Shown: positions 12,976 to 24,706 of the stretch, one piece after another
Layout of the letters: each line of letters begins with the position of its first letter
How positions within the stretch are numbered: position 1 is the stretch's first letter
Source of the DNA: Hemiscyllium ocellatum
Taxonomy: Eukaryota
Reading direction: 5' to 3'
Assembly: GCF_020745735.1 (NCBI RefSeq)
Contig: NC_083409.1
Span: forward strand, 16,738,303-16,802,302
DNA: 64,000 nt
The notes under the pieces: model-generated
Seen by the model: the letters and a program-made list of their open reading frames with translations, nothing else
Database searches by the model: none
Told to the model about the DNA's origin: nothing
Program-made: the position numbers and the translations under genes

Positions 12976-13329
12976 ATGGATATCATGGTGGGTGTGGGGT
13001 TCAGTTCCTTTCTGGTGTAATTGTGTGATGGCCCTGACCTCATCCCAGTAAAACACCTTGACCCAGAGCCTGACTGTGGAAGGGGAAGGAGAGGGGAAGG
13101 GATTGGAACATGTTGTGAATGGACAGGATGGGTCAGTGGGTCAGAGCCTGTCCTGTCCCTCCAGCTCACACTGATGGCCTGAGGATCTCCTCTCTCTGCT
13201 GGGATTTCATGGAATGAGTGTCCAAACCAGTCCCCAGTGAGAATAGGCCAACAGCACAGAACTGTCTTCGTTTAACAAGAATCTGTCCATCATCTTGAGA
13301 CAGGCTAATGCCTGGTCAATGTGGGAAAT

Positions 13330-13695
13330 GGGGCCTTACTTCAGGAGAAGACATGCTTCTGAGGTTAAGAGTTAATATCCACTGTTGTGGTTCTGTTCGC
13401 CGACCTGGGAATTTGTGTTGCAGACGTTTCGTCCCCTGTCTAAGTGACACCCTCAGTGCTTGGGAGCCTCCTGTGAAGCGCTTCTGTGATCTTTCCTCCG
13501 GCATTTATAGTGATTTGTCTCTGCTGCTTCCAGTTGTCAGTTCCAGCTGTCCACTGCAGTGGCTGGTATATTGGGTCCAGGTCGATGTGCTTATTGATTG
13601 AATCTGTGGATGAGTGCCATGCCTCTAGGAATTCCCTGGCTGTTCTCTGTTTGGCTTGTCCTATAATAGTAGTGCTGTCCCAGTCAAACATCCAT
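13330..13695 (-). mobile_element. Penelope-like element 3' fragment (GIY-YIG C-terminus + pLTR)
   Basis: ORF 13440..13691 FDWDSTTIIGQAKQRTAREFLEAWHS...INKHIDLDPIY is a typical PLE endonuclease end; same family as 40010-40535. Confidence 0.85.
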
Positions 13696-13789
13696 TAGTG
13701 GGCCAGAGCAGAGGGAGATTTGACCTGCAATTAACTGTCACCACTTGGGATACTGTGGGAAAGAGAGGGAAGAGATACAGAATGAGAGT

Positions 13790-13945
13790 TGGAGGGAGAG
13801 CATGTGTGTGTGAGAGAGAGGGAGGTGTGTCTGCGATAGTGTGAGATGTGTACAGGGAGCGAGAGAGATGCAGATGGAAGTAGAGATGGTGAGGTTGAGG
13901 GAAATGGGGAAAGAAATAGGGTGTGAGATAGTGTGACTAAGGGGG

Positions 13946-13976
<31 letters not shown>

Positions 13977-14260
13977 CCAGAGAGGTGGAGAGGAAGGATG
14001 GAGAAAGAAGAAAGAATAGATAAGAAACAAGAAAGGGAGGAAGTGAGGGAAACAGTGAGAGATGGAGAAATAGAGATTATGAGACAGAGTGAGAAAGTGT
14101 GAGTGAGTTGCAGAGAGTGATGATGGGACAGAGTGCGAGAGAGAGAGAATGGGAGAGATTAGGAGTGCCAAAGAGAGAGATAGAGAGAAAGAGTTGGCAG
14201 ATGTGAGACAGAATGGGAGTGATAAAGAGAGAAAGTGATAAAGAGAGAGAGAGACAGGAT
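13790..14260 (+). repeat. Long GA-rich low-complexity tract including (GA)n
   Basis: Purine-dominated tract with a pure (GA)n run at about 13950-13975. Confidence 0.9.
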
Positions 14261-15251
14261 CTGGTCACCACATTGTGGGAAGGAAGTGGTTGTACTCGGA
14301 AGGGTGCAGAGATTTCCCAGGATGCTGCCTGGGCTGTAGGGTCTGAGTGATGAGGAAAGATTGGAAAGACTGGGGTTGTTTTCCTTGGAGCAGTGAAAGT
14401 TGAGAGGAAACCTGACAGAGGACTGTAAGATTATGAGGGGCACATTTAAATTCGACAGGAAGGCACTTTTTACATGGATAAAGGTGTCAGAAACTAGGGT
14501 CAGAAACTGAGGGTAACAGAAACACAGAAACACAGAAACAGGAGTAGCCCACTCAGCCCTTTGACTCTGCTCTGTCATTCAGTATGATCATGGCTGATCC
14601 TCCATCTCAAAGCCATATTCCTGCTTTCTCCCCATTCCATTCATGGTGTGAAAAGGCAGAACAATAATCTTGAACATATTCAATTCTCTCTCCTCCATAG
14701 CTGTCAGGATCGTAGGTACAGAGTTCAACAGGTTGACTAGCCTCTGAGTGAAGAAATGTTTCCTCATCTCAGTCCTAAATGGTCAACTTTGTATCCCCCA
14801 AGACTGGGTCCCCTGGTTCCAGAATTCCCAACCAGGGGAAACCTCCTCCCTGCCCAGCCCTGTTAGAAATTTATACATTTCAATCTGATCCTCTCTTATC
14901 CTACTGAACTCAAGTGAGTTCAGGCCCAGTCGACTTAGAGAGTGAGAGGTGAGTTGAGGAGAAATGTTTTCACCCAGAGGGTGGTGGGAGTCTGGAACTC
15001 ACTGCCTGAAAGGCTGTTTGAGTCACAAACTCTCGTGACATTGGAGCAGTGTTTAGATATACATTTGTGTTGCTGTAGCTTCCAGGCCTATGGACCAAGA
15101 GCGGGAAAATGGGATTAGTTTGTCAAGGTCTTTGTTGTCCAGCACAGACACAATGGGACAAATGGTCTAATTCAGCACAGTTCACATCAATGTCTCTCTA
15201 GGATAGACAGACAGAGAGAGAGAGGGAGAATGGGGAGACAGAGAGAGAGAG

Positions 15252-15350
15252 AAGAGGAAGTGTGAGGGGCTGACGTGGCTCTCTCTGCCTGATGCCATTT
15301 ACATACTGAGGAACACCCAGTCAGACTCTCACAGGCTGCAGCTTTATAAA
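15252..15350 (+). promoter_or_regulatory. V-kappa promoter: PU.1/ETS site, CRE/UPRE-like TGACGTGG, octamer variant, TATA box
   Basis: AAGAGGAAGTG 15252-15262; TGACGTGG 15271-15278; ATTTACAT 15297-15304 (7/8 of ATTTGCAT); TATAAA 15345-15350, 61 bp before the leader ATG. Confidence 0.75.
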
Positions 15351-15410
15351 GCAGAGCCCAGTGAAGGGAGAGTTTATTAGGAACCAGGCACAGGGACAGG
15401 AGCACACACC

Positions 15411-15459
15411 ATGATTTCACACATCCAGCTGATCTGGCCCCTGGCATTCTGTGTCGCAG
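15411..15459 (+). CDS. IGKV: Ig kappa light chain leader exon (L-part1)
   Basis: ATG...MISHIQLIWPLAFCVA + G, 49 nt, phase-1 GT donor at 15460; joins the V exon to give signal peptide MISHIQLIWPLAFCVAGISG. Confidence 0.95.
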
Positions 15460-15644
15460 GTACAAATCTCTCTCCTTCCACCTTGATCTTTAGTTGCTCT
15501 CCATTTCACTCCAATTCCACTGACTTGTGATTGAAGGGAAAATGTTGAAACCAGAGGAATGCTCAGTGTCTCCAACAATCTCTCATTTGACAGGCTCTTT
15601 CTGTGACAGTTCTGACTTCACTGTGTTTCTCTCTGACCCCTCAG

Positions 15645-15941
15645 GTATCAGTGGGGACATCATCATGACTCAGTCTCCCCCGGTGCTGTCAGTGGGACTG
15701 GGCCAGACCGCAACACTCACCTGTACGGCCAGTCAAAGCATTAGCAGCTACCTTGCTTGGTACCAGCAGCGAGAAGGTCAGAAACCCTCTCTCCTGATCT
15801 ATGATGCAACAAATCGATTCACAGGAGTCTCCGAGCGATTCACCGGCAGTGGATCAGGGACCAGTTTCACCCTGACAATCAGCAACGTTCAGAATGAGGA
15901 TGTCGCTGACTATTACTGTCAGCAACGTAACAGCTGGCCTT
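15645..15941 (+). CDS. IGKV: Ig kappa-type (NS4/type III-like) V segment, germline unrearranged, open frame
   Basis: After the AG at 15643-15644: [95 protein letters not shown]. Both Cys, the Trp and the DxADYYC motif are intact. Confidence 0.97.
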
Positions 15942-15969
15942 CACAGTGATACAGAGCCGTCCAAAAACC
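15942..15969 (+). other. V recombination signal sequence, 12-bp spacer
   Basis: CACAGTG (15942-15948) + 12 nt ATACAGAGCCGT + CCAAAAACC (15961-15969; 8/9 of ACAAAAACC). Confidence 0.95.
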
Positions 15970-16335
15970 TCAATACACACAGCACCACCTCCTATACTGA
16001 TACATTCATAATTATATGTTATACATAATAATAGAGACACAGCCCTACCTCTGTCACTGATACCAACACAGTGATATACAAATGAAACTGAACAAATTAC
16101 CCCATGCCGGAATTGTCACTGTCCCCTACACACTCCAGTCCCTGTGGTGTCCACCGCTCACTGAAAGCCTCAAGTTTCCCTCTTACACTCCATGGCCACA
16201 TGTGAAGAATGGCTGCATGATTTAACATCGAAAAAGATGTCATCTGAGAGAGAGAAACAGAATGAGAGAAACAGAGATGAAGAAAGACATAAATGAGGGA
16301 GAGGTTGAAAGTGACAGAAGGAAGCAGAGATTAGA

Positions 16336-16374
16336 GGTTTTTGTACAGCCCCTGCACTGGGAGCTCTCACTGTG
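16336..16374 (-). other. J recombination signal sequence, 23-bp spacer
   Basis: GGTTTTTGT (16336-16344) + 23 nt + CACTGTG (16368-16374), perfect consensus. V-12/J-23 is the kappa configuration. Confidence 0.97.
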
Positions 16375-16409
16375 GTTCACGTTCGGTCCAGGAACCAAGC
16401 TCAGACTGA
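16375..16409 (+). CDS. IGKJ: Ig kappa J segment
   Basis: FTFGPGTKLRL with the FGxG motif; GTAAGT donor at 16410, phase 1, compatible with the C exon. Confidence 0.96.
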
Positions 16410-17697
16410 GTAAGTAAACCTCAATCCTCTGTTATTAACCCTGTCAATACTGAAACACACTTTCTAAAATACAGTTGCTGAATTGTTGAAGGTGTTAGTG
16501 GGGAGCTGCAGTGAATGAAATGGTTGATTGAGGAGCACTGTGTCTAACAGGGTGTCCAGCTGTATTTCTTTACTTTCATGCCCTCTTTAAAAAATGCAAG
16601 ATATAAGTCAGTAAGTTTTACTCACCGTGTGGAGGAGCTCTGTCCATTTGCAGCCTGTGGTCCCATTCCTGCAGCATGGAGTGAAATCAGTGAGTAGCCT
16701 CCTGCCAGTCTCAGTGTGACAGACACAGGCAGAGTTTGATGTGAGCTCTGGCTCCCTGTCCCAGTCTCTGATCTCACTGACCTCAGCAGCAGCAGCAGCA
16801 GCACAGTGAGACACCGAGCTCCCACCTCCCCCAGCTTTAACTCTGCTCAATCACACAATCACAGAATTGTTACAGTGCACAAGGAGGCCATTCCACCCAT
16901 CCTGTCTGTACTGGCTCTCTGAATGAGCAATTCACTGAGTGTCATTCTCCTGCCTTCTCCCTGTCACCCTGCACATTGTTCCTTTTCAAATAACAGTCTC
17001 ATTCCCTTCAGAATGTTTCAATTGAAGCTGCCTCCACCACACTCTCAGGCAGCGCATTCCACACCTTAACCACTCACTGGCTGAAAATGATTTTCCTCAT
17101 CTCATTTTTGTTACTTTTCCCAATTACTTTCAATCTGTGTTCTCTCGGTCTCAATCCTTTCTCAATTGGGAACATTTTCTCCCTATTTATTCTGTTCAGG
17201 CCCCTTCTGATTTTGAATTCCTCAAATAAATCTCCTTCCAGCCTTCTCCAAAGAAGACGGTCCCAAATTCTCCAGTAGATCTTCATAACTGATGTTCCTC
17301 ATTCCCTGGAATGACCTTTGGGAATATAATTTGTCATCTATCCAAAACATTCACATGCTTCCTGAATTAGTCACATTATCTGTGTCCCTCATGATTTTAT
17401 AAATTTCTCAGCCTCCGATGTTCCAATTCATCCTCTCCCTATCGTTCAAACCCTCCAATTCCTAGCAAAATCTTTGTAAATCGTTTTGTGCACCCTTTAA
17501 AAGTTTAACAACATCCTTCCAATCACAGAATGATCAGAATTCTTCACATTATTCCCAAAGTGGCCTCACCAATCTCCTGTACAGCTGCAACATGATGTCC
17601 TAACATCGATACTCAATACAGTGACCAATAAAGGCAAACGTTCCCAAAACCTTCTTTATCACCCTGTGATCCAGTTTTAAGAAATAATGTACATTTC

Positions 17698-17746
17698 CCT
17701 CACCCCCACCCCTCACCCCTCACCCCTCACCCCTCACCCCTCACCC
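17698..17746 (+). repeat. (CCCCTCA)n heptamer repeat, about 6-7 units
   Basis: ccctcacccccacccctcacccctcacccctcacccctcacccctcaccc read directly. Confidence 0.95.
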
Positions 17747-20700
17747 TCTTTGTCCAGCAACACTCCACAAGGCCCTACAATTAACTGTATAACTTGTGCC
17801 CTGGTTTGCCTTTCCAAGGTGCAACATCTCACATTTATGTAAACTGAACACCATTTTCCACTCCTCTGCCCATTGCCCCATCTGATCAAGGTCCCACTGT
17901 ACCCTGAGATAGTGTTCTTCACTATCCACCGTCCCACCAATTTTGATGTCATTTGCAAACTTATGTTAACTCCTATATTCACAGTGAAATCATTTATTTA
18001 AATGACCAAAAGCAGCGGACCCAGCACCACTCCTTGCGGCACACAGCTATTCACAGATCTCCGATCTGAAAATCAACCCTTTACCGCCACACCCTCTCTC
18101 CTATCTTCAAGCTAATTTTTTTTACCCAAATGGCTGGCTCCCCCTGGATCCCATGTGGTCTAACCTTACTAACCAGTCTATCATGTGGAACTTTATCAAA
18201 TACTTTACTGAAGTCCATACAGACAGTGTCTACTGTTCTGCTTTCATCAATCTTCTTTGTCACCTCCTCAATTAAATCAGGGAGACACAATTTTCCACGC
18301 ACAAAACCACATTGATTATCCAAATGGATGGAAATCCTGTCCCTCAGAATCCACTCCAACATCTTACCCAGCACTGACATCATGCTCACTGGTCTATAGT
18401 TCCCTGTTTTTTCCTTACAGCCATTCTGAAATAATGGTACAACATTAGCCAACCTCTCTGGTTCTCCAACATCTTACCTGTAGCTGTCGATCATAAACAT
18501 ATCTCAGCAAGGGGCCCAGCAATCTCTTCCCTCGTTTCCCACAATGTTCTGGGATATACCTGATCAGGTCCTAGGGATTTATCTACCTTTATATGTTTTA
18601 AGACCTTTTGCATCTCCTCATTTGTATTGTGGACTTGTTGAAAGCATCACTATTTTTTCCAAATTCCGTCGCATTCATGTCCTTCTCCACAATAAATACT
18701 GACCTGAAATATTTGTTTAGGATCTCACCCATCTCCTGTGTCTTACCAAAATACAGCACTCACATTTATCTGAATTAAACTCCATCTGCCATTCCTCAGC
18801 CCACTGGCCCAGTTGGTCAAGATCCCATTGTACTCTTAGACAGCCTTTTTCACTGGCCACGATGCCACCTGAAAATTCACCTGAACACAGTCTCACAGCT
18901 CTGGCCCCTCTCTGCCCGTTACATTGCTACTATCCCAGTTTATATACAGAAATTAAAGATCCCTTCCCCGCATTTATAACCATTTTATCATATTTGCAGG
19001 TTTCTGTAAATTCCTGGCATTTGTATTCTTCCACATCCTTCCCACTGGGTGGTGACTTATTGACTGCACTGAGAATTCTGTGGACCTTGATGTCCCTCTC
19101 TGATATTCCCCCTGGCTCCCACAGCCCTGCCAAGTTAGTTTAAATCCTCTTCAACAGCACTAGTAAATCACCCCAAAGGAACTCAGTCCCAGCTCTGTTC
19201 AGGAGCAACACTGTCTGGTCTGTCCAGGTGCCATCTCCCCCAGACTTATTCCCAATGTCCCAAGAATGTAAAGCCCTCCCTCCTGGACCCTGTCTCCAGC
19301 TCCACAGTCACCTGTGTTCCCCTCCTGTTCGTCTTCTCACTTGCATGGGGTAATGGGAGTAATCTGAAGATTCCTACCTTTTAGCTCCTACTCCTAATTT
19401 CCTCCCAAGCTCCCTAAATTCTGACTGGAGGATCACATCCCTTTCCTCCCACTGTCACTGGGACCGATGTGGACCATGACTGCTGCCTGTTCCCCCCTCC
19501 CCTCAATGTGCTCTGCAGCCACTCAGTGACATCCTTGATCCTGGCACCAGGGAGACAACACACCATCCTGGATTCCCATCTGCAGCTGCAGAAACACCTA
19601 TCGATTGCCCTCACTCTCGAATCTCCTCTCCTCTCACTCTTCCAGTCTTCTTGTGCCCCCCCACCCCCTACAGCTGACCCACACATGCTGCCAGGGACTT
19701 AGCTCTGGCTGCACTCCCCAGATTAACCATCATTCTCATTAGGATTCTGAACTGAATCCTGGTTGGAGAGTGGGATGCACTCAGGGGATTTCTGTACTAG
19801 CTGCCTGATTCTTTTGGACTGTCTGCTGCTCCCCCATTCCCTCTCTCCCTGCATACTCTGAAGCTGCAGATGACCACATCTAGAAACGTGCTCTCCACGG
19901 AGCTCTCAGCCTCACGGACGCTCCGCACTGACACCAGCTGCTGCTCAAGCTCCGAAACCCGGAGCTCCAACTGCTGTCACTGACCACACTTCCTGTAATC
20001 ATGGCATTCCAGGAACTGCAAAGTATCCTAAAATTCCCACATGGAAGCACACTCTCTTCACTCTTTGGTTATCTCTTGGCAAAGTTCTGATGACAAACAG
20101 CTCTAGCAGGGCTCACAGTCCAGTGGATTCAGTGTTCCAGGGTTTTGGGGAAACTCTCCAGAAGACTTTAAGAAATAGGAGCAGAAATCAGCCATTCCGC
20201 CCATTGAATCTGCTCTGCCATTTGATCTTGGCAAATATGCTTCTCACCCCCATTCTCCTGCCTACTCCACAGGAACCTTTGATCCCCTTAATAATCACAA
20301 ACCTATCTATCTCTGTCTTAAATACACTCAGTGACTTGGCCTCCACTGCCCTCTGTAACAACGTGTTCCACAGATTCGCCACCCTCTGGCTGAAGAAATT
20401 CCTCCTCATCTCAACTCCAAATGGTCGGCCCTTCATTCTGAGGCTGTGCCTTGGTTATCGAGTCTCTCCTCTTATTGGAAAAATCTTCTCTGCATCCACT
20501 CTATCCAGGCTGATCAGTATTCTGTAAATTTCAATAAGAACCCTCCTCATCCTTCTAAACTCCATCGAGTACAGACCCAGAGTCCTCAAACACGCCTCAT
20601 ATGACAAGCCTTTCATCCCCAGGATCATTCTTGTAAACTCTTCCAATGACAGCACATTGTTTCTTAGAATTTGGGACCCAAATCTGTTCACAACATTCCA

Positions 20701-23379
20701 AATGCAGTCTGACCAGAGCCTTACACAGCCTCAGCAGTACATCTCTGCTCTTGTATTCTGGCCCTATTGAAATGAATGCGAACATTTCATTTGCCTTCTC
20801 AAGCACAAACTGGACCTGCCTGTTCACCTGAAGGGAAACCTGAATGAGGTTTGTGCTTTAGATTTCCAGAGGCTTTCCTCATTTAGCAAACAGTCTTTAT
20901 ATTTCTTCTTCTTACCAAAGTACATACCCTCACACTGTCACACATTGTATTCTATCTGCCACTTCTTTGCCCACTCTCCGAACCTATCCAGGAGCTTTTA
21001 CAGCCTTCCCACTTCGTCAACACTACCTGTCCCTCCACCTACCCCATGTCACCTGCAAACTTAGCAACAATGTCTTCACTTCCTTCATCCAGATTGTTCA
21101 TGTATAACGTGAATAGTTATGGTCCCAACATTGACACCTGCAGCAATCTACTAGTCACCAGCAGCCATCTTTCATCATTCTCGGCTTTATGCCAACCTGT
21201 CCGTCCTCAGTCCATGCCAGTACATTGCCCCTAACACTATGGGCACTTAATTTATGTCAAAGGCCTTCTGGAAAATCCAAATAGATTACTTCCTCAGACA
21301 CTCCTTTTTCTGACTGGCTCATTGCCTGCTCAAAGAATTCTAACAGATTTGCCAGGCATGACCTCCCCTTGATGAAGCCGTGTTGACTCAGCCCTAGTTT
21401 ACCATTGCACTTCCAAGTCTTCTGCAATTTCATCCTTAAATTGAAGTCTAAAACCTTACCAACAACAGTCCAGGCTAACTGGCCTATAATTTCCCATCTT
21501 CCAACTCCCTCCCTTCTGAAACAGGGCTGTTACTGGAGCCATTTTCTATTTCCTTGCCCCCACCAAATCCCTCTCCACCGTCACACCCCGACTCCATTGA
21601 TTCCTGAAGGATCATCACCAATGCCTCCACAATCTCCTCAGCGATCTCCTTCAGAACACAGTGATGAAGTTTATCCAGTCTGGGTGAGTTATCCACATTC
21701 AGACCTTCCAGCTTCCCCAGTACCTCCTCCTTAGTGATGGCCACTACACTCCCCTCTGCCCCCGATAGTCTTGAATTACTGGTACACTGCTGGTGTTTTC
21801 CATGGTGCAGACTGATGCAAAGTATCTATTCAATTCCTTTGTTATTTCTATTATTCTTTCTCCAACCTCATTTTCCAGTGATCCAATGTCTATTTTTGCC
21901 TCCCTCTTCCTTTTCATATATCTGATAAAACTGACGATCTTCTTTTGTATTACTGGTGCGCTTACCCCCACATTTCACCTTCCCCATCCTTAATGCTTCT
22001 ATCATTGTCTTCTGCAGGTTTTTCAAGACTTCCTCACCTTCTGGCTTCCCACTATTCTCCACCATATTGTCTGCCTTTTCTTTTGCTTTTATGCTGTCCT
22101 TGACCTTCCCCATCAGCCATGGTTGCCTTGTTCTCCCCTTGGTATGTTTCTTCTTTTTTGGGATGAGTTCCTGCTCTGCTTCCTGAATTACCCCCAGAAA
22201 CTCTGCTGTTTGCTGCCCCACCATCTTACCTGTTCGGCTCCCCTTACAACCAACTCTGGCCAGCTCCTTCCTCATGTCTTTGCAGTTACCTTTACTCAAC
22301 TGAAATACTGTTCCATCTGATTACAGTTTCTCCTTCTCAAACTATAGGGGGAATTCGATCATATTATGGTCATTTATCCACAGGAATACTTTCACCTTAA
22401 ACTCACTAGTCAAGTTTGCCTCATTAGACATCACTGAATCTAGACCTGCCTGTTCCATCATGGCTCAACCACAAGCTGCTCCAAAAAAACATCTCCTTGA
22501 ATTCCATGAAATCCTTTCCTTGAGACGCACTACCCAGTCCACCTATTCATTGAGGTCTGCCCTGACATTTTGTGTCAGGCTTCTCTGTCTCCTGATTGAT
22601 TTCCTTCCCCACACTCTGATTACTGCTTGGAGACCTGGACATAACTTGCATCAGATTCTTTATTTCTTGCAGTTCCTCAACTCTACCCACCCAGATTCTA
22701 CACCTTCTTACTCCACATCACTTCTTGCTATTGATTTAATTTCATTTCTCACATAACAAGGCAACTCTTCCCCCTCTGCCCATCTGCCCGTCCTTTTGAT
22801 GGGACATGTATCCTTGGATATTTAGTTCCCAGCCCGAATTCCCTTACAGCCATGTCTCTGTGATACCCATAACATCGTTCCTGCCAGTTTCAATCTGCAC
22901 TACAAGCTCGTTGTGTACACTGTGTGCATTAAAGTACAACACCCTCAGTCCTGCATTGACTGCCCTCCTTCTCATCATTGTTCTCTTATCTGCTGTGCTT
23001 TACGTTCGATACCCGATCCTTTCCACCCTCTCTGTCCTTTTACATCTTCGAGAAACTTCAATAATCTCCCCTGAGCCCTCCTCCACTTTAGCTAGTTTAA
23101 ATTCCTTGGAAACTTAATTTACCTGGATCTGTGGCATCACTTTGTCTACCTTACTCGGAATGCTTCGTGCATTTCGTTACAAACTCTTTAAGTTTATTCT
23201 ATTATTGATTTTCCCGGCACTTCTTTGGTTCCTTTGATTTTGAAATTTCCGTCCCCACCTTTTATTTTCTGGTAACAATCAATCCCATCACTAACCACAA
23301 TCCTACCTTCTTCTTCACCTTCCGTTTTCTCATTTTCCATCCAACTGAACCAAATTACTTTCGCTTTGGGTTACCTTCA

Positions 23380-23698
23380 GGCACGGTGGCTCAGTGGTTA
23401 GCACTGCTACCTCACAGCATCAAGGACCTGGCTTCAATTCCTGTCCTTGGGAAACTGTTAGTGTAGTGTTTTCACATTCTCTCTGTGTCCCTGGGTTTCC
23501 CCCAGTTGCTCTAGTTTACTCCCACTGTTCAAAGATGTGCAGACTAGGCGAATTGGCTGTTATAAATTGCCTACAGTGTTAGGTGAAATAGCTCAGGAGT
23601 AGCTGTATGGAATGTTCCTGGGTGGGCTGCTGTTCGGAGGGTTGGTGTGGACTTGTCAGGCTGAACTGCCTGTTTCTACACTAGAGGGAATCTAATCA
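23380..23698 (+). mobile_element. tRNA-derived V-SINE (HE1-like)
   Basis: ggcacggtggctcagtggttagc head, V-domain and ctaatc tail. Confidence 0.85.
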
Positions 23699-24489
23699 GG
23701 GCAATATTTATCATTAATCCAACATCATTATTGCTCTTTGATCTCAGTGCTTCTACTTGGATCTTGCTGTAGAAACTGGCTGCCACATTCCTGACATTGC
23801 GACAGTGTAGCTTGTCAAACAAAGCTGTCTGTAAATGTATTTGGAAGAGCCTGAAATGTTAAGGGCTGGATTGATGCCCATATCCCTCTAACATCTTCCT
23901 ATTCACATATCCATGCCTTTTAAATGTTGTAATTGTACCAGCCTTCAACATTTCTTCTGGCAGCTCATTTCATACATTTAACGCCCTCTGAATGAAAACG
24001 TTGTCCCTTAGGTCCCTTTTAAATCTTTCCCCTGTCACCTTCAGACTATGCCCTCCAGTTCTGGACTCCCCCACTCTGGAGAAAAGATCTTCTCTATTCA
24101 CCCTATCTATCCCGCTCATGATTTTATAAACCTCTATACGGTCACCCATCAACCTGCAATGATCCAGGGAAAACAGCCTCAGCCTAATTCAGTCTCTCCC
24201 TTTTGCGCAAACCCTCCAACCTTGGCAACATCATTGTAAACCTTTTCTGAACCATTTTAAGATTCACAACATTTTTCATACAGCAGGGAGACCAGAATTA
24301 CAGACAGAATTCCAAAAATGGCCGAACCGATGTCATGTACAGCTGCAACAGCTCCCAACTCCAATACTCAATGCACTGACCAATAAAGGAAAGCAAACCA
24401 AATGACTTCGTCATCCCGCTACCTACCTGCAACTCCACTTTCAGGGAACTTTTCTTCGTTTTTTGGATGAACTGAGAGTCTTTCAGTTG

Positions 24490-24706
24490 TGAAAGGTGCC
24501 ATTCCATGGCACGATTGGTTGAAGAGCAGGCAGTTCCCCCTGTTGTCCCTGATCAATATTTATCCCCCAGGCAAAATCACTAAAAATCTATTTCGCTGCT
24601 AATTGTCATACTGTGTTTGGAATCTCTCTGTGCACAGCCTGCTGGAAAGATCCAGTGGGACATCCTGAGTTGGGGACAGGTGCTACACAAATGCAAGTCT
24701 TTCTTT
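24490..24706 (+). mobile_element. Old SINE fragment resembling the DeuSINE/SacSINE1 3' half
   Basis: ccatggcac...gaagagcagg...caatatttatccc...aaatgcaagtctttcttt matches my recollection of Deu-type SINE tails; not verified. Confidence 0.5.

Noticed and set aside
12950-13072. Strong minus-strand acceptor followed by RLWVKVFYWDEVRAITQLHQKG
   Set aside because: No donor or partner exon found, the frame runs into the tandem repeat and stops, and no family is recognised.
16067-16073. Extra CACAGTG in the V-J interval (another at 16802-16808 in the J-C intron, reminiscent of the mammalian intron RSS)
   Set aside because: No nonamer at 12- or 23-bp spacing; isolated heptamers are expected by chance in 64 kb.
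16622-16825. Signal-peptide-like ORF MGARCLTVLLLLLLRS on the minus strand
   Set aside because: GTG start, and the Leu run is simply the (CTG)6 microsatellite.
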